Under the pieces are notes generated by a model. It was not told the DNA's origin, made no database searches, and worked only from the letters and a program-made list of their open reading frames with translations. The position numbers and the translations under genes were made by a program. A DNA stretch of 64,000 nucleotides, taken from positions 23,222 through 87,221 of IMG/VR virus record IMGVR_UViG_3300036795_000108. The stretch is one strand, 5' to 3'. Of the stretch, positions 8,995-19,325 are shown piece after piece. How positions within the stretch are numbered: the stretch's first letter is position 1; every line of letters starts with the position of its first letter. The stretch is from a virus.

Positions 8995-9728
8995 CGGTCC
9001 CGCTCGTCATCGCCTGCCCCGCGTACCGTCGAGCTTGGATTCTCCCGAGGTGGTTTGACTCGGTCCAGGCCCAGCACCCGCCGGACGGAACGCGCTACGT
9101 GTTCGCGCTCAGCTACGACGAAGACGGCCGGGATCCCGACGGGACCGCCGCGGTGATTCAACAACGATGCCCCGCCGCGGAGATCCTCGACGTGCCCGGC
9201 ATCGGCTTCGAGGACTCCGAACGCGACAGCGAGCACCGCTACGCCTACCTAGCCGACATCCGCAACCGGCTGCTGCGGATCGTCGCGGCCATCGGACCGG
9301 CCTACTACCTGAGCCTCGACAGCGACATCCTCATGCGCCCAGACGCGCTCTCCGCCCTCCTGCGGGCCGCAGACGGCAGGGGCGCAGTCGGCGGCCTTAT
9401 CGACATGGGAGGCGCCCAGATGCCCGGACACTGGTCCTGGATGCACCTCGACGGCGACGACGCCTACCGCTCCAACCAGAGGGTCCCGCTCGCGACTGAC
9501 TGGCCCGGACCGATCGGCGAGAACGAGGCGATGCCGCAACTCCCCAGTCGCCTGCGGGTCGGCGTCATCATGGGCTGCAAGCTGATGAGCCCCAACGCCT
9601 ACCGCAACGCCCGCTACGCCGACCACGTCGACGGCGAAGACGTCGGCTGGGCAATCCAAGCCCGTGCGATGAACGTGCCGCTCTGGCTCGTCCCGGCCGC
9701 CCGAGGCGAGCACATCCTGCGCTACTAG
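8991..9728 (+). CDS. GT-A fold glycosyltransferase
   Basis: IACPAYRR, LADIRNRLL, YLSLDSDI (DxD), GEDVGW motifs. Confidence 0.8.
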   Translation: MTVPLVIACPAYRRAWILPRWFDSVQAQHPPDGTRYVFALSYDEDGRDPDGTAAVIQQRCPAAEILDVPGIGFEDSERDSEHRYAYLADIRNRLLRIVAAIGPAYYLSLDSDILMRPDALSALLRAADGRGAVGGLIDMGGAQMPGHWSWMHLDGDDAYRSNQRVPLATDWPGPIGENEAMPQLPSRLRVGVIMGCKLMSPNAYRNARYADHVDGEDVGWAIQARAMNVPLWLVPAARGEHILRY

Positions 9729-10072
9729 GCCACGCGGCTGTCGGCATGCTCAGCCAGCGCCCGCAGACGCTCGGCCAGTAGCAGCGCCTGACGTCTGGTC
9801 AACTCGCCGCAACGCTTGTCCTCCGACCACGGCGGCGCCGCCAACCCCAGCCACAGCGACCGGGCCGACACCAATCCCATCCGCCTCGGCCACGACATCA
9901 CGTCGAGCGCGCGGACGTTACGCAGCTCCGCGGGGGCCTGCTCTAGCAACTCCGCGACCATCCGCAGTCCCGCCGGCCGCGACGCCGCACGGACACGATG
10001 GTGATGGCGGGCCTGCAGCTTGCGCGCCCGCGTCGCCTTATCGAACGACGGGACTCTCCTCAAGTCGACCAT
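9725..10072 (-). CDS. actinobacterial IHF (mIHF/sIHF)-like H2TH DNA-binding protein
   Basis: KATRAR...LLEQAPAEL.NVRALDVMSWPRRMG..SA..L...KRCGELTRRQ pattern parallels the actinobacterial IHF fold. Strong RBS and own promoter. Confidence 0.6.
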   Translation of the reverse strand: MVDLRRVPSFDKATRARKLQARHHHRVRAASRPAGLRMVAELLEQAPAELRNVRALDVMSWPRRMGLVSARSLWLGLAAPPWSEDKRCGELTRRQALLLAERLRALAEHADSRVA

Positions 10073-10107
10073 TTCCTCCTCCTCCGCAGGGAGATCATAG
10101 GCCGAGG

Positions 10108-10116
10108 AGTATAACG
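10108..10116 (-). promoter_or_regulatory. CGTTATACT promoter motif, copy 3
   Basis: Lies upstream of the IHF-like gene. Confidence 0.7.
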
Positions 10117-10187
10117 CTGAACAGGAGCCCCCGGCGCGAGACGCGGAACGCCGAGGGCTCTACCGTCCAGGCTACGCAACCGGAAGG

Positions 10188-10430
10188 CTACTCCGTTGCC
10201 TGGGCCTCCAGGAACTGCTTGACCTGCTCGGTGCTGAACACCTCCACGTTCGTCACCGCGTCGTCGCAGACGATCACGCTGACATCCCGCGGCAGGCGAC
10301 CATGCAGAAGGCCCTTCGCGCGCTCCATCGCCTCCCGGGTCGCGTTCTTCATCCGGACGACCACCACATCCCCCGACTTGGGCGTGAACGCCTTCATCTC
10401 CTCGATCTCCGATGGCTGCTCGACGGTCAT
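10188..10430 (-). CDS. hypothetical protein
   Basis: MTVEQPSE start, ATGA-coupled to the holin-like gene. Confidence 0.55.
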   Translation of the reverse strand: MTVEQPSEIEEMKAFTPKSGDVVVVRMKNATREAMERAKGLLHGRLPRDVSVIVCDDAVTNVEVFSTEQVKQFLEAQATE

Positions 10431-10891
10431 GCCGGGCTCGCATCGTTGCTGATCGCCGGGCGAGCGTTCGTGCCGCCACCCAGTTTGACTGAGATCCCCG
10501 ACGGCTTCCACACCACGACATGGGTCAGGAACGCCGCGATGACCGCCGAAATCACGAGCTGGTAGGTCGTGTTGTTGAACCCGATCACGTTGGTCGACAG
10601 CGCCGTGTAAAGAGCCGACGCGCCGGCCGCGACTAACGCTAGGACGATCCCCTTGATCGGCTCTGACACCCACGGCGCGTAGTGATTCAGGACGTAGGTC
10701 ACCAGCGGAACCAGCGAGCCGATCACCAGCGTCCAAAGCTGGGTCTGGGGCAGCACCAGATAGGTCGGCGTCTTGACCGGCACGTCCGCGAGCGCGTTGC
10801 CAGCCACCGCGAGCATGACCAGCAGGAACACGAACGTCGCCCCCAGTAGCAGCAGCCATCGCCGCGACTGCCGTCTTGCGACTCCCTGCAT
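10427..10891 (-). CDS. holin-like multi-pass membrane protein
   Basis: Four hydrophobic segments, directly downstream of two cell-wall hydrolases. Confidence 0.65.
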   Translation of the reverse strand: MQGVARRQSRRWLLLLGATFVFLLVMLAVAGNALADVPVKTPTYLVLPQTQLWTLVIGSLVPLVTYVLNHYAPWVSEPIKGIVLALVAAGASALYTALSTNVIGFNNTTYQLVISAVIAAFLTHVVVWKPSGISVKLGGGTNARPAISNDASPA

Positions 10892-10904
10892 AGAGATTCC
10901 TCCT

Positions 10905-11432
10905 TTAGAGCAGCCCGCCGACGGCGAGCAGGGTTGGGTAGTGACCGCGCGCCACGTGGTACGCGGTCTCATCCTTGTAGCGGACGTAGTTAGACGAGAA
11001 CGCCAAACCGTGTGAGCAAAGCAAGGGGTTATCGCCATCGGGCTGCATCACCATCGTGACGTGAACGCTGCCGCTGGGCCCGTAGGTGATGATCGTCCCG
11101 GCGCGTACATTCGCGATGCCCTCGAAGTGCGGGAGTACCTGCCACATGTCCTCGCTGTCGGCCTCAAAGCCAAAGCGGCCGAAGCCCTTCCAGCCCGACC
11201 ACTTAGTAGTCCAATTGATCGTGGCACGACAATCGGCAGGCCACTTATCGCCAGCCTTGAAACGCTGCTCGGCCACCGCCATGCTGTACGGCAGCCAGTT
11301 CAAGCCACCCCCGAACTCATAGCTGATCGACTTCGGGCCGTGAGCGACGAGAAACGCGCAGTGAGCAACCGCTCCCGTCCGCCGCTTCTCAGCACTGACC
11401 TTCTTCGCGCCCGGCGTCCACAGCGATGTCAC
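10905..11432 (-). CDS. NlpC/P60-like peptidoglycan peptidase (lysin)
   Basis: ADCRAT (catalytic Cys), GTIITYG, HVTMV, CSHG motifs. In the lysis cluster. Confidence 0.6.
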   Translation of the reverse strand: MTSLWTPGAKKVSAEKRRTGAVAHCAFLVAHGPKSISYEFGGGLNWLPYSMAVAEQRFKAGDKWPADCRATINWTTKWSGWKGFGRFGFEADSEDMWQVLPHFEGIANVRAGTIITYGPSGSVHVTMVMQPDGDNPLLCSHGLAFSSNYVRYKDETAYHVARGHYPTLLAVGGLL

Positions 11433-12619
11433 GAATACGCCTTCTCGATCTTCGCTACCACCGTCTGCCGATGGCGATACTCGCGGTTCAGCGACAGGCA
11501 GCGACGATGAGTCACCACACGGTTGATCGGCTTCAGCGCCTTCGTGGTGGCATGCAACGCCTTCTCGCGCTTGGCTCGCTTGGTATGGGGATGCTGGTGC
11601 AGTTGCTTGCGGAAGTAGGTCCGGCGAGCCACCAGCGTCGAATAGACCTTGACCTCCTTCACGCAGCCGCGCGACCGGTACAGGTGACGGTTGTGCTGCT
11701 CGCTGAGCAGATCGCCCGCGACCTCCTTATGGATCGTCCGGCACGTCTTCGAGCCCGCCGCGTGCTTACCGAAGCAGATCGGCCGGGCCGGCTTCTGCTT
11801 ATACGGGACCTGGCCGTAATCCGCGCAGCTCGCATAGTCATAGTCGACGCTGTAGCCCGACAGGTAGTGATTGATCGACGCCTGATACAGGCACGCCCGG
11901 GAGCGGTGCCCGTAGCTCCAGGCGACCGTCTGCCAGTCGTTACGAGCCGTCGTCAGACCATCGGCCTCCAACCCCGCGACGACCGCATCGGAGCCGTAGA
12001 CACCCGTCCGGGATCCCAGCACCGACTTGACCCCGGTGAAGTAGCTGCGCACCGCCGCGGCCGACGTTTCGGTATCCACCGCGAAATGGATCGGAACGTA
12101 GGTCGGGAAGCCGACCTCCGCGGCCTCGTGTCGCGCCGCCTCCGCATCCCTCACGCCACTGGAATAGCCGGTCAGGGCTCTAGCCGCCGACGTCTCCCAG
12201 ACGACGCACGCGGCGCCGTGGGCCTCCCAGGCCCGCAAGCCCGCCGCCGTCCAGTCCTTACCGCCCGGATAGCCGCTCAGGTACGTGCAGTCGAACTTGG
12301 CGTAGGCGATCCTCGTGCTGACCGCCCCGTAGCTGTCAACACCGAACGTCGACGCTGACGCCTTCGGGGCCGGCAGGGTCGGAAGCTGAGCCTGGCCCGG
12401 CGCGGCCGCAGCGCACTGCATGTAGTAGCCCGGTGCCTGCGGATCAGCCGGGCACGGCTTGCCCTTCACCGGCGTCACGACCGGCGGGGTCGCGACCGCC
12501 CGGATCGTCGTTGAGGATCCCGGGCCGATCACCCCGACCGACAACAGCACAACCGCGGCGATCAGCAGGACCAGTGCAACGGCCCCCATGACGACGCGCA
12601 CCAGCGTCTGCCTGTTCAT
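11429..12619 (-). CDS. DUF1906/GH25-like endolysin with N-terminal TM anchor
   Basis: FGVDSY, YLSG..GKD, VWET, G..DAEAA, PIHFAVD, TGVYGS, WQTVAWS motifs. Hydrophobic N-terminus and basic C-terminus. Confidence 0.8.
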   Translation of the reverse strand: MNRQTLVRVVMGAVALVLLIAAVVLLSVGVIGPGSSTTIRAVATPPVVTPVKGKPCPADPQAPGYYMQCAAAAPGQAQLPTLPAPKASASTFGVDSYGAVSTRIAYAKFDCTYLSGYPGGKDWTAAGLRAWEAHGAACVVWETSAARALTGYSSGVRDAEAARHEAAEVGFPTYVPIHFAVDTETSAAAVRSYFTGVKSVLGSRTGVYGSDAVVAGLEADGLTTARNDWQTVAWSYGHRSRACLYQASINHYLSGYSVDYDYASCADYGQVPYKQKPARPICFGKHAAGSKTCRTIHKEVAGDLLSEQHNRHLYRSRGCVKEVKVYSTLVARRTYFRKQLHQHPHTKRAKREKALHATTKALKPINRVVTHRRCLSLNREYRHRQTVVAKIEKAYS

Positions 12620-12672
12620 CCTCGCTCCTCGTCCGTTCGCGTGCCGAGGATGCTAGGGAAGTCCGCAGGCGC

Positions 12673-12996
12673 CTACTTCGAGCGTGACCGGCGCCCCCGG
12701 GGCTTCGACGCGGGCTTCTCGTCCTCGCCGGACATCGCCTCCGCCACGACCCCGTCGACCTCGGTCAACTCCACGATGCGTCCCAGACCCCGCAGGAACC
12801 CCACAGCGGCCGTCATCCGATCCGGCCCGATGTCCTTGCCCTCCCCCCAGTTGCGAAGCTGAGATTCGTCGCAGCCGGGCTGCCGGTGGACGTAGTTATA
12901 GACCGCGTTCGCGTCCTGGATGAGCTGATCGAGATCATCGCCATTCACGTCGGCATGGAGCCGCGCGTGGATGGTCTTGTCGGAGAAGAACGCCAC
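12673..12996 (-). CDS. hypothetical protein
   Basis: TAGGAT-6nt-GTG leaderless start. Confidence 0.6.
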   Translation of the reverse strand: MAFFSDKTIHARLHADVNGDDLDQLIQDANAVYNYVHRQPGCDESQLRNWGEGKDIGPDRMTAAVGFLRGLGRIVELTEVDGVVAEAMSGEDEKPASKPRGRRSRSK

Positions 12997-13017
12997 GGGC
13001 GAATCCTAACCGACCGA

Positions 13018-16000
13018 TCAGCCCGATCCGACAAGGACCAGCAGCGACACCACGTAGCCCACCGTGCAGGTCACCGAGCTGCTCGTCGTCAACCGGACCA
13101 CCATCTGAGGCTCGACCGCGTTGTTGCGCCCAACCGCGTTAGAGATATCCAGCACGCCCGTCGTCAGCACGGTCTGCCCCGTGTCCTGGCCGTTGACCTC
13201 CACCGCGAACGACGTCACCTGATCGGACTTCGACAAGATCGTCAACGTCGCCTGGCGCACCGTCGCGAGATCCACCGGCAACGGGACCGTCGAATACGCC
13301 GGAGCCAGCACCTGGGTGCCCGTACGCTCCACGAGCTGCCCCTGGAACTGCCGGCGGTCGCTCGTGAACTGCCGGATGAACCGGCGCATCGCGAACTCGA
13401 AGTTGCGTTGGCGATCGCGAAACGACACCGACGTCTGCCCGATCCCGTCCCGATACCAGATGCGGGTCAGCGACATGAGCTGCCGCGGGGTGATGTCCTT
13501 GATGAAGATCTCGGGCATCTGCACCCGCAGACCGTCACCTGGCTGCCAGTCGAACTCCGCCAACTGTTGACTCAACGGCCATGTGTCCTGCATCGACCGG
13601 GGCGCCGACGCGTCCGAGGTGATCTGCTGCCACGCCTCCGAACGAAACTCAAGCAGCGTCTCAAGCTGCAACACGAGCAGCGACATCTCCGTCGTGGCCG
13701 GCAGCGACTCCGACTCCGACAGCACATAGGAGTGCGCTTTGAGGATGTCGAAGTCGAACGCCTCGGCCGTCAACGATCCCGTGTTACTCCCACCGAGGCC
13801 CTGTGCCGATGCGAGATCGGTCATGGCGTTGTCCTCGGCCGTGCTCGTCTCCTGCGGGTTCGCGGCATTCGTCCCATCCAGGATGTAGTCCGTGTCGCGA
13901 CCAACCCGCGCCTGCGGGATCACCGCGCCCGGGAAGTAGCCCGACTCCAACGCCATCGGTACCGACTTCCACTGGTAGGCGAAGCTCTCCCCAATCGTTG
14001 ACTGCAACGTGTCGAAGTAGGAGTCCTGCGGCGTCACCTGCTGGGTGAAGCACCCGTACGGCGCGAGCGACGTCGATGAGCAGACATCACCCGAGGAGTC
14101 GGTGAACCCGACCGTCGTGGACAGACCCGAGTCCTGGGAATGGTAGATGTACTCGAACACCAGCGGGTACCAGCCGTCGGTGTCGCCGAGCGCCGTGCGT
14201 AGATCCGGCGAGGTCCCCCGGAGCGTCTCGCTCGTATAGTCCCCGATGGTCTCGTGCGCGGCGTTGTAATGGTGGGAGATCTGCGCTACTGAAAGCAAAT
14301 ACGGGTATATCGCGACCTCACCGAGGTCCCCGGCGAACGACTGGATCACAGTGGACGGCTCCCCTGTAGCGAACCCAAGTGACTGTGCCGCTACGTCAAC
14401 AACGCCGAGCGTCCCGGTCCACGCAAGTGCCCCATCGATATACAGCGACGAGCCGTTAGTTACCCCACTATCGAACCGCAGGACGACATGATGAAATGTC
14501 TCATAGCCCGGAGCGGCACTGGTGTTGTACTGCGTGTTCGTCGCGAAGTCATAGACGCAGAACGTCGTGTCATTGAGGAACACGCCCCAGGCGTCCTGCT
14601 TCACGACTATGCCCGATAGGTCCCCCGTGTCGGGGAAACCATTGACCGACGCCCAGAACTCGACCGAGCATGTTGTGAACGCCGCCTCGGCCGCCGATCC
14701 GAGATATGCGTAGGCGTTCGCCGTCTCGCCCGGTGGCGTGTTCCCGAAGCCGATGCAGGTCGCCGTATCACCGGTGATCGACTCGGTAAGCGACAGGACA
14801 TGCGTTCCGGAGCCGTTCACCGCCCCGGAGTAGACGGCGTCCTCGACGTTCCCCGCCCTGTCGAACATGCTCGTGCCGCTCGTCTCGCCCATCTGGAAGT
14901 AGCAGTAGGGGTTATCAGCAAGCACCGTCGTGGAATACGCAGGTAGTGTCGCCGAGGAGCAGAGGATCGACTCGCCCACCCGGGTCTTGCCGACCCACAT
15001 CGCCTGCGAAACGTTCAACGCCGCGAGTTTCAACACTACAGGCGAACCGCTACTGAGGTTCAGGTAGATGGCGCCCGTCCATCGCACATACGCTGACAGC
15101 GCGTTGCCGAGCGCGTTCGGCAGCCAGCCGGGAGCGCCCGCTGCCGCCGTCGCCGTGTTCGTCCCCGGCGGACTTGCCGACGTGGTGCTGGAAACGTTCC
15201 TGTCCGTGAAGGTCGCAGACGGCTGATCCGTCAGGTACTTCTCAGATCCCGACGTCGTGCTGCGATAGATCTTGTATCCGATCGCGCCGCTGACCGCACC
15301 CCACGTCAGAGTCGGGATGAAGTTGCCCGTCGTGTTCGCCGTCGGCGCGGGACTGCTCGTGATCTGCTCGCCGTAGCCGCCGATCTCCACCGACGTCTGG
15401 GACGCGAAGACCGAATCGCAGAGGTAGTACGGGTTGGTCGGCGAGTCATAGGCTAGATAGATGTTGTACCCCACAGCACCTGGCACCGCCGACCAGCTCA
15501 ACAGCACTACGGTATTCGCGATGTTGTTCGAGCCCTCGGCGTTGCTGACCGTCGTTTCGCCGCCGCCGGCGACATAGGCCGTGACGACCCAGAAGCACAG
15601 TCGCGACGAACCCGTGTTCCCTGCCGCGGGATAGCTCACCACGGCCTGGGTCGGTGCAGAAAGCGGACCCGGTGACGCGACCTCGACCTCCGTTGACGCC
15701 GTCGTCTCACCGTTGCTGTTGAAAGCGGTCAGCTTGTAGTAGACCGTCTCGCCGTCCGTGAAGCCAGACCCATAGTTCGAGGAACTGATCGATATGCCAC
15801 TCGGCACCGGCAGCGTCCCCGCAGCGGAATCGAATAGAAGCCCCGTATCGACGCGCACCGCTGACGGGTTCAAGGTCGGCGGCACCGCACCGTACTGCCC
15901 CGACGCAACGCCCGTGTCCGGCGTCCCGACCGAAGCGAGTGACGTGTCGTAATACTCGCCCTGAAGCCCACCGCTTGACGGTGGCGACGGCAGGAAGTAA

Positions 16001-17244
16001 TCCCCCGACTGGCCACCGTTCAACGGCGGGGTCGTGCGGCGCACCACGATGTAGTCGACGCTCACCGAATCGCCCGGCGAACCGCCGACGTAGACGAACG
16101 GACGCGCGTCGTGATGCGTCGTCGGGAACGACACGCGCGGCGATACCGCTATGAGCTGCCCGTCGAGGTAGTAGTAGACCCATCGTTCGCGCGCCTCGAT
16201 CGCCAACGTGTACGGCGGCGCGAACTGGTTGGCCGCATCAAGCAGCGCCGTCGCGTTCGCCGGCCACGACCGCCACAGGGCGAGTGACGGATCAATCGCG
16301 CCCGGATCGATCGTGACCGCATAGACATCGCCCGTCTCGGGCACAAGCTGGATCGTGTAGACGCCGAGGCCCGCGTTCGCGAGCGTCCCAGGGATCGCCG
16401 AGGTCGCGTCACCCACACCGAAACAGACGGTCGGGGCCGCGGCTAGGAAGCTCGCCGCGGAGATCGAGCACTCCATCCTCCAGCATGAGTGATCGGCCAT
16501 GCCCGCATCCGTCAACGGCCAGCTCGACGTGCTCCCATCGTAGGCGTACAGGTAGGCGCCGGTCGCGCCGGTCGGGATCGTCAGCACCACGTTGCTGTTG
16601 CCGTCCAGCGCCGCGCCGCCATACCACGCCCACGCACCATCCGACGTCGAATAGACGCCCGAACCCAGGTACGGCTGGTGCGCCCACGGCGCCGAATCAT
16701 CAAAGTCGTCGGAGACGATCCCCTGCCAAGCCCGGGTGTAGAACTCGAACACGTCGCGTGGCGCGTGATTCCAGAAACCGCTCGCCGTCTCGCGCGTCTT
16801 CTTGAAGATCTCCGTCACATCCCGGCAGACGATCGACAGGGCGTCCTGGGTCGTCGTCTCCGACACCGGGGTGCCCGTCTGCACCAGTTCGTTCTGCCCG
16901 CGGATCACCTCGATGTACTCATCGCCCGGCATGTAGCCGAAGACCTGACCGCTGCCATCCGGATCCGGCGTGTCGGAGTAGTAGTAGAGCCGGTCGACGT
17001 TGTTACGGCCGTCCGAACCGACCGGTGGAAGCTGGACGGTCATCTCGGAGCTGTCGTTCAGGACCGGGTCCTGCTCGACCTGCTGGAAGCCGCCCGTGCC
17101 GTTCAGACCCTTGCTTGCCGACGTGATCCACGAATAGCCGAAGATCGGATCGACATACGCCCCCGGCGTCCCCGCAGGCACCATCTGAACGAGACGCAAC
17201 CGGACCCTCTCCGGGAACTGAAGCGCGGACTTGCGGTTCGCCAT
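13018..17244 (-). CDS. minor tail / baseplate hub protein with FN3-like and LamG/ConA-like domains
   Basis: 1408 aa, two genes downstream of the tape measure. LSWSAVPGAVGYNIY and LTWGAVSGAIGYKIYRST (FN3-like). SVEFW...HHVVL...LYIDG...FAGDLGEVAIY (LamG). Confidence 0.8.
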   Translation of the reverse strand: MANRKSALQFPERVRLRLVQMVPAGTPGAYVDPIFGYSWITSASKGLNGTGGFQQVEQDPVLNDSSEMTVQLPPVGSDGRNNVDRLYYYSDTPDPDGSGQVFGYMPGDEYIEVIRGQNELVQTGTPVSETTTQDALSIVCRDVTEIFKKTRETASGFWNHAPRDVFEFYTRAWQGIVSDDFDDSAPWAHQPYLGSGVYSTSDGAWAWYGGAALDGNSNVVLTIPTGATGAYLYAYDGSTSSWPLTDAGMADHSCWRMECSISAASFLAAAPTVCFGVGDATSAIPGTLANAGLGVYTIQLVPETGDVYAVTIDPGAIDPSLALWRSWPANATALLDAANQFAPPYTLAIEARERWVYYYLDGQLIAVSPRVSFPTTHHDARPFVYVGGSPGDSVSVDYIVVRRTTPPLNGGQSGDYFLPSPPSSGGLQGEYYDTSLASVGTPDTGVASGQYGAVPPTLNPSAVRVDTGLLFDSAAGTLPVPSGISISSSNYGSGFTDGETVYYKLTAFNSNGETTASTEVEVASPGPLSAPTQAVVSYPAAGNTGSSRLCFWVVTAYVAGGGETTVSNAEGSNNIANTVVLLSWSAVPGAVGYNIYLAYDSPTNPYYLCDSVFASQTSVEIGGYGEQITSSPAPTANTTGNFIPTLTWGAVSGAIGYKIYRSTTSGSEKYLTDQPSATFTDRNVSSTTSASPPGTNTATAAAGAPGWLPNALGNALSAYVRWTGAIYLNLSSGSPVVLKLAALNVSQAMWVGKTRVGESILCSSATLPAYSTTVLADNPYCYFQMGETSGTSMFDRAGNVEDAVYSGAVNGSGTHVLSLTESITGDTATCIGFGNTPPGETANAYAYLGSAAEAAFTTCSVEFWASVNGFPDTGDLSGIVVKQDAWGVFLNDTTFCVYDFATNTQYNTSAAPGYETFHHVVLRFDSGVTNGSSLYIDGALAWTGTLGVVDVAAQSLGFATGEPSTVIQSFAGDLGEVAIYPYLLSVAQISHHYNAAHETIGDYTSETLRGTSPDLRTALGDTDGWYPLVFEYIYHSQDSGLSTTVGFTDSSGDVCSSTSLAPYGCFTQQVTPQDSYFDTLQSTIGESFAYQWKSVPMALESGYFPGAVIPQARVGRDTDYILDGTNAANPQETSTAEDNAMTDLASAQGLGGSNTGSLTAEAFDFDILKAHSYVLSESESLPATTEMSLLVLQLETLLEFRSEAWQQITSDASAPRSMQDTWPLSQQLAEFDWQPGDGLRVQMPEIFIKDITPRQLMSLTRIWYRDGIGQTSVSFRDRQRNFEFAMRRFIRQFTSDRRQFQGQLVERTGTQVLAPAYSTVPLPVDLATVRQATLTILSKSDQVTSFAVEVNGQDTGQTVLTTGVLDISNAVGRNNAVEPQMVVRLTTSSSVTCTVGYVVSLLVLVGSG

Positions 17245-19325
17245 CAGCCCCGAGTGACCTTCCGGATCTCCACGCGCTGATCCAGCAGCGCAACGGACCC
17301 AACGTCACGGGAGCCCTGATGCCCCACGTAGTCGCGGACCAGCGCAGCCTCGATCCGGTCGATCTGGATGTTGCCCGACCCGGCCGAACGGTACCCCGTC
17401 ACCGTCAACGTCGGGTTGACAGCCGAGGCGGTGACCTCGCCAAGATCGATCCAGGTCCATGCCGTTGCCGTGCTCGTCAGAATGCTCGACGCGTTCGTGC
17501 CGAGATGCCACAGAAACGAGCCGGTCGCGCCCGAGGTGCCGACCTTCACACGCGCGGCCAGCCGGTACGTTCTCTGCGCGAGGAAAGTCGTCGCCTGGGT
17601 CAGCGTGACGTTCGTCGCAGCTGTCTGCGTGTCGGAAACCGCGAACCCGTTGGATGCGGTCGCGTCCGTCGTCTGGGCCGTCGTCCCCGACGCGTTACGG
17701 ATCGACTCGGCCTCCGCGACCTGCCCCGTCTGCAGCAGCGCGAAGTTCAAATGCGCGCTGAGATAGTCCGCCGGGTTATTGGTGCTGGCGGTCGCCTCGA
17801 TGAGGATCTCGTTTCCGGCCGAGGCGTAGAGCGGATATGCCTGCGACACGGCCGTGTAGGCGTTCGTCAGGACCGCGAGGTTGAGCTGATGGGTTCCGCC
17901 CTGCGGGATGACCGCCAGCCAGTTCTCGCCCGGGAAGTAGCCCGTCGCGCCGAGCACGGTGCCCGTCACAAACGGAGAGGTGCTCGACCCCGACGCGCTC
18001 GACAGGAACGCCACGCCGCCCGTCGTGGAGGTGCCCTCGTTCTTCATGGCGCTGGTGTTCGTCGCGCCGGCGGCCATCTGGACGATCAGCCACGTAGCAC
18101 TCGTCGCGTTGGAGTACACCTCGAAGCGTGGCCCCAGCCAGCCGCGCTGCAAGGTGATGTAAACCCGGTCGCGTGTCCCGGTCGCCGGGATTCCCAGCAC
18201 CACTTGGATGACCGCCCGGTCCGGCGTGTACTCCGCGACCGTCGCTGAGATCAACGTCGTATCGGCACCCGCCGCCAGCGTGTTGCGCACACCCACCTTG
18301 CACTGCTCTACGTACGCGGAGGTCGCTGCGTCCCACGCATCCACGATCAGCCCGGCAGCCGCGGTCCCCGACGTGTCATAGCGGACTCGGCACACGCCGT
18401 TTGCGATCACCGGAGCGTCCATCGCCTGACCCGCCGTCAGCCAGTTATAGGGGTAGTCCGAGCCGTAGATCTCCTCCCAGCCATAGGAGGTCTGAAGCGC
18501 ACTCGTCCCCGGGAACGGCGCCACGTCATACGCGCCGCCCGTGCCGAACGGCCCGAACTGCCCGCGGCGATCCCAGATCACCACATCCCCAAGGTTGAAG
18601 TTCGCCTCCGCGCGCTCCCAGCTCACAACATCGCCGTTGACGACGTTAGCCGAGCCGCTGCCGAACGGCTGACCGTAGCTCGACCGTGCGTTGCCGATCG
18701 GGATCAACCCATCCGCGCTCGGCCGCGGCGTCACGCTCACTGACATCGGCACATCCAGTATCGACGGGTCCGTCGCGCCAACCGGCAGGGCGATCAGCGG
18801 GACGGCCGTCAAGCCGGCGAACAGCGCAGCCGTGTTGACCTGCTGGCCGAGATAGTCAATCGGGGAGGTCGTCAACCGCAGGTCGGTGATATCGATCCGA
18901 TAGGCGTCACGGTGCGTGTTGAGCGCCGCGACCCGGTAGGCGCTATCCAGGGTCAACGTGAACTCCCCCAGTGTCGGACCGCCGTCAGCATCCGCCAACG
19001 TGCCGGTACCGATCACCATCCACCCGTTGCGCTCCGGATCGAAGATGAACCGGACGTAGAGCCCGTTCAGCCGGTAGGTCGCGTTCTGCATCATCGACCG
19101 CATCTGCCGGCGCATCCTCATCCCCGTCGTGTACGGGTTCGCGTCACCCGTCGTCCCGTGGATCGGGAACGTCAGCGTGAAGCCCTTCACTTTGCGCATC
19201 CCGACAGCGGTCGAATCGCCCGTCGTCGTAACATCCGAGCCGAGCGCCTCCGAGATGTTTGTCTCCACGGTCGGCAGCCCGAGCCGACCAATCCAAAGGT
19301 CACGTATGGGTGTGTACGGACTCAT
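17244..19325 (-). CDS. minor tail protein (Dit-like position) with C-terminal carbohydrate-binding-like module
   Basis: Immediately downstream of the tape measure. C-terminal AEAES...YRLAARVK...IQIDRIE beta-sandwich. Confidence 0.7.
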   Translation of the reverse strand: MSPYTPIRDLWIGRLGLPTVETNISEALGSDVTTTGDSTAVGMRKVKGFTLTFPIHGTTGDANPYTTGMRMRRQMRSMMQNATYRLNGLYVRFIFDPERNGWMVIGTGTLADADGGPTLGEFTLTLDSAYRVAALNTHRDAYRIDITDLRLTTSPIDYLGQQVNTAALFAGLTAVPLIALPVGATDPSILDVPMSVSVTPRPSADGLIPIGNARSSYGQPFGSGSANVVNGDVVSWERAEANFNLGDVVIWDRRGQFGPFGTGGAYDVAPFPGTSALQTSYGWEEIYGSDYPYNWLTAGQAMDAPVIANGVCRVRYDTSGTAAAGLIVDAWDAATSAYVEQCKVGVRNTLAAGADTTLISATVAEYTPDRAVIQVVLGIPATGTRDRVYITLQRGWLGPRFEVYSNATSATWLIVQMAAGATNTSAMKNEGTSTTGGVAFLSSASGSSTSPFVTGTVLGATGYFPGENWLAVIPQGGTHQLNLAVLTNAYTAVSQAYPLYASAGNEILIEATASTNNPADYLSAHLNFALLQTGQVAEAESIRNASGTTAQTTDATASNGFAVSDTQTAATNVTLTQATTFLAQRTYRLAARVKVGTSGATGSFLWHLGTNASSILTSTATAWTWIDLGEVTASAVNPTLTVTGYRSAGSGNIQIDRIEAALVRDYVGHQGSRDVGSVALLDQRVEIRKVTRG

